Assembly: GCA_002269645.1 (NCBI GenBank)
Contig: NIVC01002323.1
Span: 62,001 to 126,000, forward strand
From: Macrostomum lignano
Taxonomy: Eukaryota
Length of the DNA: 64,000 nucleotides
Direction: 5' to 3'
Shown here: positions 22,018 to 35,373 of the stretch, piece after piece
Numbering within the stretch: position 1 is the first letter of the stretch
Layout of the letters: each line of letters starts with the position of its first letter
The notes under the pieces: generated by a model
What the model was told of the DNA's origin: nothing
Databases searched by the model: none
Seen by the model: only the letters and a program-made list of their open reading frames with translations
Translations under genes and position numbers: made by a program

Positions 22018-25000
22018 AGTCAGTCAGTCTGCCTGTCCGCCAGCCCTCACCCAGATACGCGCTCCGCTTCCAGCCCAGGCCGTGCTCAGCGCTGATGGAG
22101 CCCCGCCGCCGGGCCAGCCAGCCGTAGACGAAGGCCTCCACGCGGGGCCACAGGCCGCAGGCGGCAGCCCCGGCCGGATCCGCCGTCACCACCAGGTGCA
22201 AATTACCGTCGCCAAGGTGACCAAAACCGGCCACGCGAATGACGCAATCGAGCTGGCCGAACTCGGCTCTGGTGGCCAACACAAGCCGCTGCATGTCCAG
22301 CCTGTCGGACACTGCCGCATCGAACTGCATGTAGCCGCCGGCCGGTCCGCAGTCGGCCACCAGCGCCTCAAATGCGCGCTCTCTTAGCGCCCAGATGGCG
22401 CCAAATTGGCGCGAATCGTTTGATATAACGGCGTCGATGGAGCCGGCGCTTTCTGACGAGATTTTGTCATACTTTAAGTGCATTTTTTATCAACCTCTGA
22501 TCCTACATGTATGACCGATCTGTATATATCTCTACAAAAATCTCTAGATCTATAGATCTATAGATCTCTATTTAAGCTTTTGAATATGAATCTAAAAGTC
22601 TTTGGAGAGGCATATAGCTCATTATAAAACCTGAAGATCGATAATGATAGTCTCTAGATATCACTACTCAATGTCTCTAGATCTTTCTAATCAATGTCTC
22701 TAGATCCTTCTTATCAATGTCACTAGATCTCGCTAATCAATTTATTTAGATCTCTCTGACCGAAGGTTCTAGATATCTCTAATCAAATTCTACAGATCTC
22801 TTTAATAATGTCTTTAGATCTTTCTAATCAAGTTCTTTAGATCATGTCTTTGGACTTGACTGATATCTTCTATATACCTCTATCTAAATGTCTAGATTGA
22901 TTGGTCTAAAATCTATATCCTACGTTCGTACATCCTTCCAGATACGAACCCTATCAACTTCATAAAGTGCCCTCCTATACACGGTTACTCACCATGGTTG
23001 AGAGATACCAGGCATTCCAAAAACTTATCCAACTTGCCGGCATCATTCGAGCCGCTAGCATCGCAAGAGGCGGTTTCAACCAGGGCGTAGAACTCACTGC
23101 TGCCGCTAAGCGGACAATTCAGTTTGAGATTATCAGACACGGCCGACATAGTAGCGGCGTCCATGACCTCAAATGCGGACAAAGTCTCGGCCAGGGTACT
23201 GCGAGCGGCCGAGAATAGATGAAGCACCGACTGCGGATATTAAGATCATGGCGGATGATGCAGAGGAACTTGAACCCTAACTCTATTCTGGAATGGCAAC
23301 CCAGGAGTTCAAGGCAACTCTTAGGATTGCTGGACCGACTGACTATCTGTGGCTTTCACTTCTAACCCACGGCTCAGAGGAACTGGTTGATGTCATCCTC
23401 TGACCTTGACAGACAGTTAAGTGCCCAGTGTGACCTTTGGGCACTAGCTCGTTGATAAGACCAACCCCTGTTTCGATTTCTACATTAGTTTAGCCAGTCC
23501 CCAGGGCACAGGGAGTGTACATGCCTGACGGTTAGAAAGACTACAAGGCAGGGGTCAGGAAACTTTCTACCAGATAAGAGTGGAAAGGAGAGGGAATGGG
23601 GGAGAGAGGAGAAAGAAGAGACGACAGAAGAGAGAAAAGAGAAATGAAAGGAGTAGAGACAAGAGAAGAGATCAGAGGAGAGAGGAGAGGAGAGAAAAGA
23701 GAGGGAGAGAACTGAGAAGACACAAACCCTGAGCGGGCCGGATTGCTATTGTGACATTTCAAAGATCCCGAGGGGGTTGGATAGAGGCTCCGCTGGACGG
23801 AGTTTGCCGACCCATGGTCTAAATCGTTGTACACCCTGTGTGCGCACTCAGGAGTCAGCGGAATGGCGGAATTGCCTCAGCGCTGTTTGTAGGACGATGT
23901 CGCCGAAGGCGTTGCGCCAGGGTGCTGGCAGAAGTTTATTTTCTTTCTAAGAAACAACGAACACCCATGGGCAAACCTGAAAGCTATCGCAGCCAATCAG
24001 AACCAACCGGACATTAGCAGGCCTAGGCGGACACGCCAACGTCACTTTAGTCAACACGCCCAGCGTGCCTTCGCTGCCAATCATCAGCTGTACCAGCCTA
24101 CTCTCGTCCTCGTTAACTCTACCGCAGTCAATCAACTCTCCGCTAGCCAGCGCAACACGAACTGAGCACGAAGCGAACCGTAGCGTAGCACACGAATTCC
24201 GCCAGCGTTGGTGGATAAGTTGCCGCCAATCTGGCAGCTACCTTTAGCGGCAAGATCTAGCGGCACCAGTGAGACCGTGCTCAGACAGGTGAGAGTCCAG
24301 ATCGGCCAGTACGCAGCCCGCCTCGGCAACCACTAAGCCTGCCACGGCGTCAATCTTGGAGTTCGATTCGAGTTGAGTAAAAATTATGACAAACTGACAT
24401 AGAAGCTAGATAAAACTGACATGGAGTGAAGCTAGATAATGGCGACAAATTGACATGAGTGAAGCTAGATAATGACGACAAATTGCATGGAGTGAAGCTA
24501 GATAATGGCGACAAATTGACATGGAAGAAGAAAATGATGGAACAAGATGGAGTGGCAGATAATGACATGGAGTGAAGCTAGATAATGGCGACAAATGACA
24601 TGGAGTGAAGAATGGCACAAATTGACATGGAAAGAGATGGAGACAGGAGTGACACATGGAGTGAAGATGATGGCGACAAATTGACATGGTGAAGATGATG
24701 GCGACAAATTGACATGGAGTGAAGCTAGACAATGGCGACAAACTGACATGGAGTGAAGACAATGGCGTCAAATTGACATGGAGTGTGACAATGGCGTCAA
24801 ATTGACATGGACATGGAGTGAAGAGTAAAGACAATGGCGTCAAATTGACATGGAGTGAAGACAATGGCGTCAAATTGACATGGAGTGAAACTAGATAATG
24901 GCGACAAACTGACATGGAGTGAAGACAATGGCGACAAATTGACATGGAGTGAAGATGATGGCGACAAATTGACATGGAGTGAAGACAATGGCGACAAATT

Positions 25001-28000
25001 GACATGGAGTGAAGACAATGCGACAAATTGACATGGAGTGAAGACAATGGCGACAAATTGACATGGAGTGAAGACAATGGCGACAAATTGACATGGAGTG
25101 AAGACAATGGCGACAAATTGACATGGAGTGAAGACAATGGCGACAATTGACATGGAGTGAAGATGATGGCGACAAATTGACATGGAGTGAAGATGATGGC
25201 ACACAAACTGACATGGAGTGAAGATAATGGCGACAAACTGACACTACTCAATGTCTCTAGATCTTTCTAATCAATGTCTCTAGATCCTTCTTATCAATGT
25301 CACTAGATCTCGCTAATCAATTTATTTAGATCTCTCTGACCGAAGGTTCTAGATATCTCTAATCAAATTCTACAGATCTCTTTAATAATGTCTTTAGATC
25401 TTTCTAATCAAGTTCTTTAGATCATGTCTTTGGACTTGACTGATATCTTCTATATACCTCTATCTAAATGTCTAGATTGATTGGTCTAAAATCTATATCC
25501 TACGTTCGTACATCCTTCCCAGATACGAACCCTATCAACTTCATAAAGTGCCCTCCTATACACGGTTACTCACCATGGTTGAGAGAGACCAGGCATTCCA
25601 AAAACTTATCCAACTTGCCGGCATCATTCGAGCCGCTAGCATCGCAAGAGGCGGTTTCAACCAGGGCGTAGAACTCACTGCTGCCGCTAAGCGGACAATT
25701 CAGTTTGAGATTATCAGACACGGCCGACATAGTAGCGGCGTCCATGACCTCAAATGCGGACAAAGTCTCGGCCAGGGTACTGCGAGCGGCCGAGAATAGA
25801 TGAAGCACCGACTGCGGATATTAAGATCATGGCGGATGATGCAGAGGAACTTGAACCCTAACTCTATTCTGGAATGGCAACCCAGGAGTTCAAGGCAACT
25901 CTTAGGATTGCTGGACCGACTGACTATCTGTGGCTTTCACTTCTAACCCACGGCTCAGAGGAACTGGTTGATGTCATCCTCTGACCTTGACAGACAGTTA
26001 AGTGCCCAGTGTGACCTTTGGGCACTAGCTCGTTGATAAGACCAACCCCTGTTTCGATTTCTACATTAGTTTAGCCAGTCCCCAGGGCACAGGGAGTGTA
26101 CATGCCTGACGGTTAGAAAGACTACAAGGCAGGGGTCAGGAAACTTTCTACCAGATAAGAGTGGAAAGGAGAGGGAATGGGGGAGAGAGGAGAAAGAAGA
26201 GACGACAGAAGAGAGAAAAGAGAAATGAAAGGAGTAGAGACAAGAGAAGAGATCAGAGGAGAGAGGAGAGGAGAGAAAAGAGAGGGAGAGAACTGAGAAG
26301 ACACAAACCCTGAGCGGGCCGGATTGCTATTGTGACATTTCAAAGATCCCGAGGGGGTTGGATAGAGGCTCCGCTGGACGGAGTTTGCCGACCCATGGTC
26401 TAAATCGTTGTACACCCTGTGTGCGCACTCAGGAGTCAGCGGAATGGCGGAATTGCCTCAGCGCTGTTTGTAGGACGATGTCGCCGAAGGCGTTGCGCCA
26501 GGGTGCTGGCAGAAGTTTATTTTCTTTCTAAGAAACAACGAACACCCATGGGCAAACCTGAAAGCTATCGCAGCCAATCAGAACCAACCGGACATTAGCA
26601 GGCCTAGGCGGACACGCCAACGTCACTTTAGTCAACACGCCCAGCGTGCCTTCGCTGCCAATCATCAGCTGTACCAGCCTACTCTCGTCCTCGTTAACTC
26701 TACCGCAGTCAATCAACTCTCCGCTAGCCAGCGCAACTTCCAATCCACGAACTGAGCCGCGAAGCGAACCGTAGCGTAGCACACGAATTCCGCCAGCGTT
26801 GGTGGATAAGTTGCCGCCAATCTGGCAGCTACCTTTAGCGGCAAGATCTAGCGGCACAGTGAGACCGTGCTCAGACAGGTGAGAGTCCAGATCGGCCAGT
26901 ACGCAGCCCGCCTCGGCAACCACTAAGCCTGCCACGGCGTCAATCTTGGAGTTCGATTCGAGTTGGGACAGTTTTAGAGTAAAAATTATAGTTGTGACAA
27001 ACTGACATGGAGTGAAGCTAGATAATGACGACAACCTGGCATGGAGTGAAGCTAGATAATGGCGACAAATTGACATGGAGTGAAGCTAGATAATGACGAC
27101 AAATTGGCATGGAGTGAAGCTAGATAATGGCGACAAATTGACATGGAAGTGAAGAAAATGGCAACAAACTGACATGGAGTGAAGCTAGATAATGGCGACA
27201 AATTGACATGGAGTGAAGATGATGGCGACAAATTGACATGGAGTGAAGATGATGGCGACAAATTGACATGGAGTGAAGCTAGATAATGGCGACAAACTGA
27301 CATGGAGTGAAGACAATGGCGTCAAATTGACATGGAGTGAAGACAATGGCGTCAAATTGACATGGAGTGAAACTAGATAATGGCGACAAATTGACATGGA
27401 AGTGAAGACAATGGCGACAAACTGACATGGAGTGAAGACAATGGCGACAAATTGACATGGAGTGAAGATGATGGCGACAAATTGACATGGAGTGAAGCTA
27501 GATAATGGCGACAAACTGACATGGAGTGAAGAGTAAAGACAATGGCGTCAAATTGACATGGAGTGAAGACAATGGCGTCAAATTGACATGGAGTGAAACT
27601 AGATAATGGCGACAAACTGACATGGAGTGAAGACAATGGCGACAAATTGACATGGAGTGAAGATGATGGCGACAAATTGACATGGAGTGAAGACAATGGC
27701 GACAAATTGACATGGAGTGAAGACAATGGCGACAAATTGACATGGAGTGAAGATGATGGCGACAAATTGACATGGAGTGAAGACAATGGCGACAAATTGA
27801 CATGGAGTGAAGACAATGGCGACAAATTGACATGGAGTGAAGACAATGGCGACAAATTGACATGGAGTGAAGATGATGGCGACAAATTGACATGGAGTGA
27901 AGATGATGGCACACAAACTGACATGGAGTGAAGATAATGGCGACAAACTGACACTGAGTGAAACAATGGCGCCAAGGAGACATGGAGTTCAAGGTGTGAA

Positions 28001-28622
28001 GAGTGAAAGAGTGAAAATAATGTCGACAAAGAGCCAGACGTGTGGATGAATAACAATGACAACAAAGGAACACTAATTTCTTTAAAGTTCACTTTCCCAG
28101 ATGCAAGGATTCTCTGAAAAGAAGGAATCACGAAACTCCGCACACCTCAAGCACTCGATTCATTCTGCTAAGCGACAAAACCAGCTCGTCAAACACGGGC
28201 ACGCCGCCTCCAGCCAAGCCGGTGTTGCCTCCCTGAGGTACAACAGCAATCCTGCGCTTCTGGCAGTGCCGCAATATTGCAGACACCTCCTCCGCGCAGC
28301 CCGGCCTCAGCACGTGACCACCCTGACCTCGACAATCTCTCGGCCAATCAGTGTTAGCCGCAAGAACCTCAAACGGATCCGTGATCACATGATTCTGACC
28401 GATAATATCAGCAAATACAAGCAGATCTGCCGGTTCAATGCGACTGTATGAACTGCGACTAAGACTTCGACCATCTGCACTAATCGGAGGATAAAGCGAG
28501 GACGCTAGCGGTGGCAAATTTGAACTTAACCGCAAAGTCGACGATGTGCTCAACTTGACCGCTGCGGCAGCCACCAACACGCCGCGGCGATTAGGTGCGA
28601 TGGAGCGCAGAGTCTGCGACAG
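21576..28622 (-). CDS. D2HGDH: D-2-hydroxyglutarate dehydrogenase (FAD-linked oxidase); start codon not located
   Basis: Exons 28622-28146, 26944-26558, 25811-25574, 22452-22051, 21691-21576 join in frame (1620 nt). Motifs [93 protein letters not shown]. Confidence 0.9.
21725..22035. repeat. (TCTG)n microsatellite in the last D2HGDH intron
   Basis: Directly visible. Confidence 0.97.
22662..25245 (-). pseudogene. Tandem duplicate of D2HGDH exons 2-3 and their introns
   Basis: Near-identical to 25242-27955. Duplicate exon 2 (~24344-23977) has +1, -1 and -9 indels giving a stop. Duplicate exon 3 (23230-22993) is intact with one silent change. CACT microhomology at the junction. Confidence 0.85.
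24390..25245. repeat. 30-bp minisatellite (34-bp variants), array 1
   Basis: Unit gacaaattgacatggagtgaagacaatggc. Confidence 0.95.
26996..27955. repeat. 30-bp minisatellite, array 2 (same family as 24390-25245)
   Basis: Same unit and same terminal sequence ..cgacaaactgacact. Confidence 0.95.
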
Positions 28623-28782
28623 CTGCAGATTATGATTAATTGCATGTGAGCTTTAATACAAACTTTAGTTTATATTAGCTTAATATTAAATTTGAATATA
28701 AAGTGGTCTCGTTGCTTTCTCAAACCTATGACAGTGTGAACACGTGGAGCCATGCTCTGCTTCTGCTTCTACTGAGTCTCAT

Positions 28783-30158
28783 TAAATCTAGCCGCTGTTC
28801 TGAATCTGCCTTTAAATCTGCCACTGTTCTGAATCTGCTATTGAATCTGCCGCTGTTCTGAATCTGCCTTTAAATCTGCCACTGTTCTGAATCTGCTATT
28901 GAATCTGGCCGCTGTTCTGAATCTGCCATTAAATCTGGCCGCTGTTCTGAATCTGCCATTAAATCTGGCCGCTGTTCTGAATCTGCCATTAAATCTGGCC
29001 GCTGTTCTGAATCTGCTATTGAATCTGGCCGCTGTTCTGAATCTGCTATTGAATCTGGCCGCTGTTCCGAATCTGCCGCTTTTCTGAATCTGCTATTGAA
29101 TCTGCCGCTGTTCTGAATCTGCCTTTAAATCTGCCACTGTTCTGAATCTGCTATTGAATCTGGCCGCTGTTCTGAATCTGCCATTAAATCTGGCCGCTGT
29201 TCTGAATCTGCCATTAAATCTGGCCGCTGTTCTGAATCTGCCATTAAATCTGGCCGCTGTTGTGAATCTGCTATTGAATCTGGCCGCTGTTCTGAATCTG
29301 CTATTGAATCTGCCGCTGTTCCGAATCTGCCGCTTTTCTGAATCTGCTATTGAATCTGCCACTGTTCTGAATCTGCTATTGAATCTGCCGCTGTTCTGAA
29401 TCTGCTATTGAATCTGCCGCTGTTCTGAATCTGCTATTGAATCTGCCGCTGTTCTGAATCTGCTATTGAATCTGCCGCTGTTCTGAATCTGCTATTGAAT
29501 CTGGCCGCTGTTCAGAATCTGCCATTAAATCTGGCCGCTGTTCTGAATCTGCCATTAAATCTGGCCGCTGTTCAGAATCTGCCATTAAATCTGGCCGCTG
29601 TTCTGAATCTGCTATTGAATGTGCCGCTGTTCCGAATCTGCCGCTGTTCTGAATCTGCCGCTGTTCTGAGTCTGCTATTGAATCTGCCGCTGTTCTGAAT
29701 CTGCTATTGAATCTGGCCGCTGTTCAGAATCTGCTATTGAATCTGCCGCTGTTCTGAGTCTGCTATTGAATCTGCCGCTGTTCTGAATCTGCTATTGAAT
29801 CTGGCCGCTGTTCTGAATCTGCCATTAAATCTGGCCGCTGTTCAGAATCTGCCATTAAATCTGGCCGCTGTTCTGAATCTGCTATTGAATGTGCCGCTGT
29901 TCCGAATCTGCCGCTGTTCTGAATCTGCTATTGAATCTGCCGCTGTTCTGAATCTGCTATTGAATCTGGCCGCTGTTCTGAATCTGCTATTGAATGTGCC
30001 GCTGTTCTGAATCTGCTATTGAATGTGCCGCTGTTCTGAATCTGCTATTGAATGTGCCGCTGTTCTGAGTCTGCTATTGAATCTGCCGCTGTTCTGAGTC
30101 TGCTATTGAATGTGCAGCTGTTCTGAGTCTGCTATTGAATCTGCCATTGAATCTGCCT
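28783..30158. repeat. 29-30-bp minisatellite built from gaatctgc sub-repeats
   Basis: Unit tgaatctg(g)ccgctgttctgaatctgc(t/c)att. Confidence 0.95.
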
Positions 30159-30660
30159 AAACTTTGATGGGATTTCTGAGTCATGCAGCATAACATTCAA
30201 ATACCATACCTAAATTTAGTAATTTTACGAGTATATTGAATAAGCAGTTACACTGTATATGGTTAGTTCTGAAGCAAAATCCATGCAAATAAATTAATGG
30301 AATAGAGTTCTATTACTGCCTTTAAAAACGAAAAGTAATAAAAATCATATAAAATTCAATAAAAATTTGCGCTAGATTATGAAAAAAACTGCAAAAATTG
30401 TAAGCAACACGCACTCATCTGGTGCTTGCGCTGGGCTTAAAGGAGCCATTGAAGTTTGAACAATTTATTCTTAAATATTATCGGCACCTGAATATACTAG
30501 ACTTGAACAGAAAATTACTACTGGGTACAAAAACCCAGTTAGGGACATTGCATTTTTATTACTTTTCCTCGGTCAGATAACAGGTATACAGATAAGCGTT
30601 CACTTGTTTAACCTAAAATAAATATTAATAATGATACGACTATTAGCCTACTCGTTTACT

Positions 30661-31737
30661 AAGTAGTAAATTTCTGGCGCGCAGGTTTTTTGCGTAATTT
30701 GCGTAGACGAAGTTGGCCACTTTAGGCGTCTGGCCGCGCGGCTTTTTGCCGGCGCGCGAGCCAGCGAACAGTTAGCACTTTCCGCCGGGCAGCAGTGTAA
30801 GATAGCGATATGTGTAGACTAGATGCGGTAGATCAGTGAGATTAGGAACCCCATCAGTTGTGCGTCCCTCTCCTCAGTTGTGCGTCTCTGGGGAATCCTT
30901 TAGTTGTGGGTCTGTGGGGAATCCCTCCGATCCTACAGTTGTGGGTCTGTGGGGAATCCCCTCTGATCCCACAGTTGTGGGTCTGTGGTCTGTCCGACAG
31001 TTGTGGGTCTCCCCCGATCCTACAGTTGTGGGTCTGTGGGGAATCCCCTCTGATCCACAGTTGTGGGTGTGGGGATCCCTCCGATCCTACAGTTGTGGGT
31101 CTGTGGGGAATCCCCTCCGATCCTACAGTTGTGGGTCTGTGGGGAATCCCCTCTGATCCCACAGTTGTGGGTCTGTGGGGAATCCCTCCGATCCTACAGT
31201 TGTGGGTCTGTGGGGAATCCCTCCGATCCTACAGTTGTGGGTCTGTGGGGAATCCCCTCTGATCCCACAGTTGTGGGTCTGTGGGGAATCCCTCCGATCC
31301 TACAGTTGTGGGTCTGTGGGGAATCCCCTCTGATCCTACAGTTGTGGGTCTGTGGGGAATCCCTCCGATGGTAGTCTGGGTCTGTGGGGAATCCCCTTGA
31401 TCCACAGTTGTGGGAATCCCCCCGACCTTTCAGTTGTGAATGCGTGCTCGTGATAAATTTTTGATCTTTCAGATGAGCCTGCGGGGAATTCCTAAATCTA
31501 TAAATAGTGAATCGAATACAAGCTCAGCTGACAAACCTGCAGTTCAGCACAGTCCAGACCGACCAAAGAGTCGGCATCGTCAAGCGCGGCACCAGAGGCG
31601 GCAAAGACGCCCAACTGCAGTGGAGACAGGCCGCAACGGCTGGCTGCCCAGACTTTCAGTTCGGCAATGGAAGCCGCCTGAGCAGCAATCCTCGCATCGC
31701 TGCTGCCATCTGGCAGGGTGACAACAATTGGAGCCAT
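30661..31737 (-). pseudogene. FAU-like gene (ubiquitin-like FUBI fused to ribosomal protein S30), degenerate second exon
   Basis: Exon 1 (31737-31537): strong ATG context, ubiquitin-like MAPIVVTLPDG..SIAELKVWAASRCGLSPLQL..GAALDDADSL. After acceptor 30818 come LLPGGK, SLAR (shifted frame) and RAGK..[8 protein letters not shown], matching the FUBI/S30 junction GG|[20 protein letters not shown]. Several small indels and a TAA at 30774-30772. Confidence 0.6.
30853..31437. repeat. ~33-34-bp minisatellite
   Basis: Unit tcctacagttgtgggtctgtggggaatccctccga. Confidence 0.93.
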
Positions 31738-34346
31738 GGTTGCTTTGATAGGCGAGTGTTAGCTTTGAGTTGATGAAAAATTAGGATTCTTAACAGTGAT
31801 GTTGGTGATAGCGGCCTGGGGCTGCATGCAAAGACATTAACAAACAGTAAGGTAATTAATCTTCTATTTTCACATACAGACAAAGAAATTTTTGGTATAT
31901 CCAGTCATAATGTTAAATAAATAAATCTGAAGTGCTTGGGTAGTCAAGACTTTTACATTATCATATACTTTCTATGTTTAGTGGCTTACAAGACTATGAG
32001 ATATAATAACCTTAAAATAAACATCTCAATGTAAATATGATAGATATTATGCTATGTAATTTTATTATATGCACATAAAATTTATAATATTTATTGTAGG
32101 CCTAGTTGGAACAAAAAAACAAAACTTGATCGAAACTAAGATATTAGGCTTATTAGGCAAGGTTTATAGCTCATATTATAACTTTTTAGAATACATAAAA
32201 TGCATGTTCATTTACCAAGAATTTTTTCAACTATAATAAAATATGATTTAAAAGACAATAAATTTATCTATAGCTATATGGTTCAAAAAGATATGGTTAC
32301 TAATTCAGCATCTTGGCTCTAGATTTATTATGCCAAATTTAAAGTTAATTTTATATAATATAACTTTGCAACTTAGAAAAAAGTTTTTTATCTTTATAGT
32401 GGCTATGTTTTGGTACCCTAGTTTGTTTTTTATGCCTCAGCCATAGTCAGAAAGGTGGCGCAATGCGCTGGAACAATTTTTGATAGATGATCATATGCTG
32501 CCTGTATGCCATCTATGTGCTGTCTATGCGCCATCTGTAGGCTGTTTCTTCTCTGCACTATTTTTGTGTTCTTACCTGCAGAAACCTGCAAGCAGTTAAA
32601 ATATTTTATCAAAAATAAACTAGACATATGTTGAATTAAATTTAGTATTTAGATTAAAAAAAACAAAAAACATAATTTTAAAAGGAAAAGGGCACCACAC
32701 AACAAAGTTTTGTATAAAATATTAGAGGTTAAACAAGTGTAAAATATTTAGTTAGGCATGAAATATGTTGATTTTTAGTCTGGGCATGATTTATGATTGA
32801 TTATAAAAAATGAAAATTTGCAGCATATTTAAATGTAGTAAACATAGTACAACTATACTACTACAGGAATGGAAATTGTCAACACTACATTTTCTCTTTC
32901 TTTCATTTTATAATATGCATATAACATATTGCCTTATTGATTTTGCAATCATTTAGTATACTTTTATTATTTTCCGAGTTATTATCAATGACTACTAAGA
33001 CATGAAAAGTAAGCAATGGCAACTATACTATTAATGAAACTTGCAATATATGTATAATATCAATAATGAAAGTAATGAAACAAGTTTAAAAAAGAGAAAA
33101 AGGCAAAGAAATATACACAACCTTACAAACTGGTTAAAGCAAAAAAGGTTATGAATTCACCAAATTGTAGTTAAAGTTGTGATTACATTGGGGTTGAACC
33201 ACTATGAAATATGTTATAACTTGACAATAAAAATAGCTCCGAGTACCCTTTACTCAGAGTACCCCTGCTTTATTATTAAATAGCAAAGGATCAATGCTGT
33301 ATGTCACTGCCAATAGTGTGTGTCTACATAGCAATAAGCATTATTATAGAGAAACTGCCAATTAAACAAATAAATGTATATAAAACTAAACATTGTTAGA
33401 TATTTGCTTATTATTTATTTGTTTAATAAAACAACACTTTTGGCAAAAAAAACCTATTTTTACCAAATTGATTTTCTACCTTTTTTATCTAAGTAGTTCT
33501 AATGATTGAAGATTAAAAAGTTTATATAGACCTACCAAAACTTGAAAAAGTCTCATCTCTATGCTTTAGTTTAATATTAACTATAAAAATCAATCATCAT
33601 AAAGAATCTCCTTATCTTAAAAACCTTATTGGCTACATTCCATGGTTTGGAAGGCAACATATATGCCAGGATCCCAATATATAACAAGGGTACTTGCCAT
33701 TTTTAGCGTACATATTAGTATACATCTTGATATATGACACAGCAGAAACATTGTGTCAATGATACATTTATAATCCTAGTATACAAACAAAGTCATACTT
33801 TTGGCATTCTTTTAGTTTACAATCCTTGAATTGATAACAATCCATATTAGAAAGATATAAAATACAAAACATGTTTTTAATTATAAACTAGCAATCGAAA
33901 ACTATAACATTACAATACAATATTCTTTATTTTTTAGTCATTAAAGGATCTAATGCCAACTTAACTAATACAAAAAAATGTTACAATATTTATGTGAGCA
34001 AGTGTTTGACAAAGAAGATTGTATAATTATAATTATATATCTATATTGGTTTATATTCATTTAAATAGTATAATTTTTTAAATATATACAAATGATTCAT
34101 TGTAAACCAAAATTAAGTAGGCCTAGGTTTTTTTATCATTTCATATTTTAGAACTGTTTGTTCAATAGGACCATATATATCTACTTTAGTTTATAATCAT
34201 CTAAGTGGCAGAAAATCAGAAATACATATAGCCATAGGCCCTAAATAATGATGATTTGTAAATCAAAAGGCAAAGTAGATAAGCCTATAGCTATATAAGA
34301 TCCTATTTATCAAATAATTTAAGATATAAAATCACTAGTAACCCCT

Positions 34347-34818
34347 AGGCCTACCTTTAGTTTATAATCATTTATATGTATTTCTGCTATTTTAATGATC
34401 ATAAACTGAAGTCTATAAATAGGCCTTGGATCCTGGAAATAATAGCCTAGCCTAAGATAGAAAAAAGTTTGGCATTCATTCCTTCCTTTGGGCTTCTATT
34501 CTATTTACCATCATTTTTTACATGCATTACTTTTGGTTCACAACACAATCCCTATGTAATTTTCAATTTAAGTGATCATGGCTTGCTCGAAAAAAGCAAA
34601 CATTGTTAAACTAGGCCCTAGGGGCCTAGGGTGCTAGGCTTATTCATTTTACTAGAAAAACTGAATGGAAAAGTCAACCTATAGTATAATTTTTCCCATG
34701 CTATGGCTATAGCATGGCAACAATGAGGATCATAGGCCTATATATCTACTTCAGTTTATGTTATGATCATTAAAATAGCAGAAATACATGTAAATGATTG
34801 TGAACTAAAGGTATGCCT
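34347..34818. mobile_element. MITE-like remnant with ~80-bp imperfect inverted arms
   Basis: 34347-34426 matches the reverse complement of 34734-34818 (core tgtatttctgctattttaatgatcata). Confidence 0.55.
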
Positions 34819-35373
34819 AGGCCATAGTCAGGAAGGTGCCCATTGTTATGGAAAATTGAAAACTCATGTAAAGTCCAAAGTGTCTCTAACCTAATTATTC
34901 CAATGCATTTGGTATAGGGATAGGCATATAATCATAACATGCATGCATCAAGCCCAGGGCCAGGCCAGGCCAGGGTCCTTAGCTAGAAAAGCAAAAAGGA
35001 AAAGCAAGGGCAATACCAATTTATAAAAAAATGTTACTTTCGATCACAAACATCAAAGGAAGGGCACCACGTCAGGCTTAAAGACTGTATAAAACAATGA
35101 TAAATAAAGATAAAAGATGCATAGAGTTGGATTGCATTATAAAAGATTGCATAAAATTCCATATCAATTTTCAAACCAAGGGGAAAACTGAAAAAGAGTT
35201 TACGCGTAAAAAAGCTGTGCTGCAGGATTTAAAATTAAATTTTAAACAGTACAAAAATTGTTTTACTATAGGCTTCAGTTTAATATGGTATTACAACAGG
35301 ACTTCAAATATTGTTTTACCAATTGCGTAATTAAAAGTTTAAAGCCGGTTACGTGAGTGACAGAAATCTATTA

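Noticed and set aside
24406-31374. ORFs such as [19 protein letters not shown] and PTVVGLWGI repeats
   Set aside because: Translations of intronic or intergenic minisatellites.
32000-34300. AT-rich tract as a possible gene or element
   Set aside because: No long ORF or defined termini; looks like decayed repeats or intergenic DNA.
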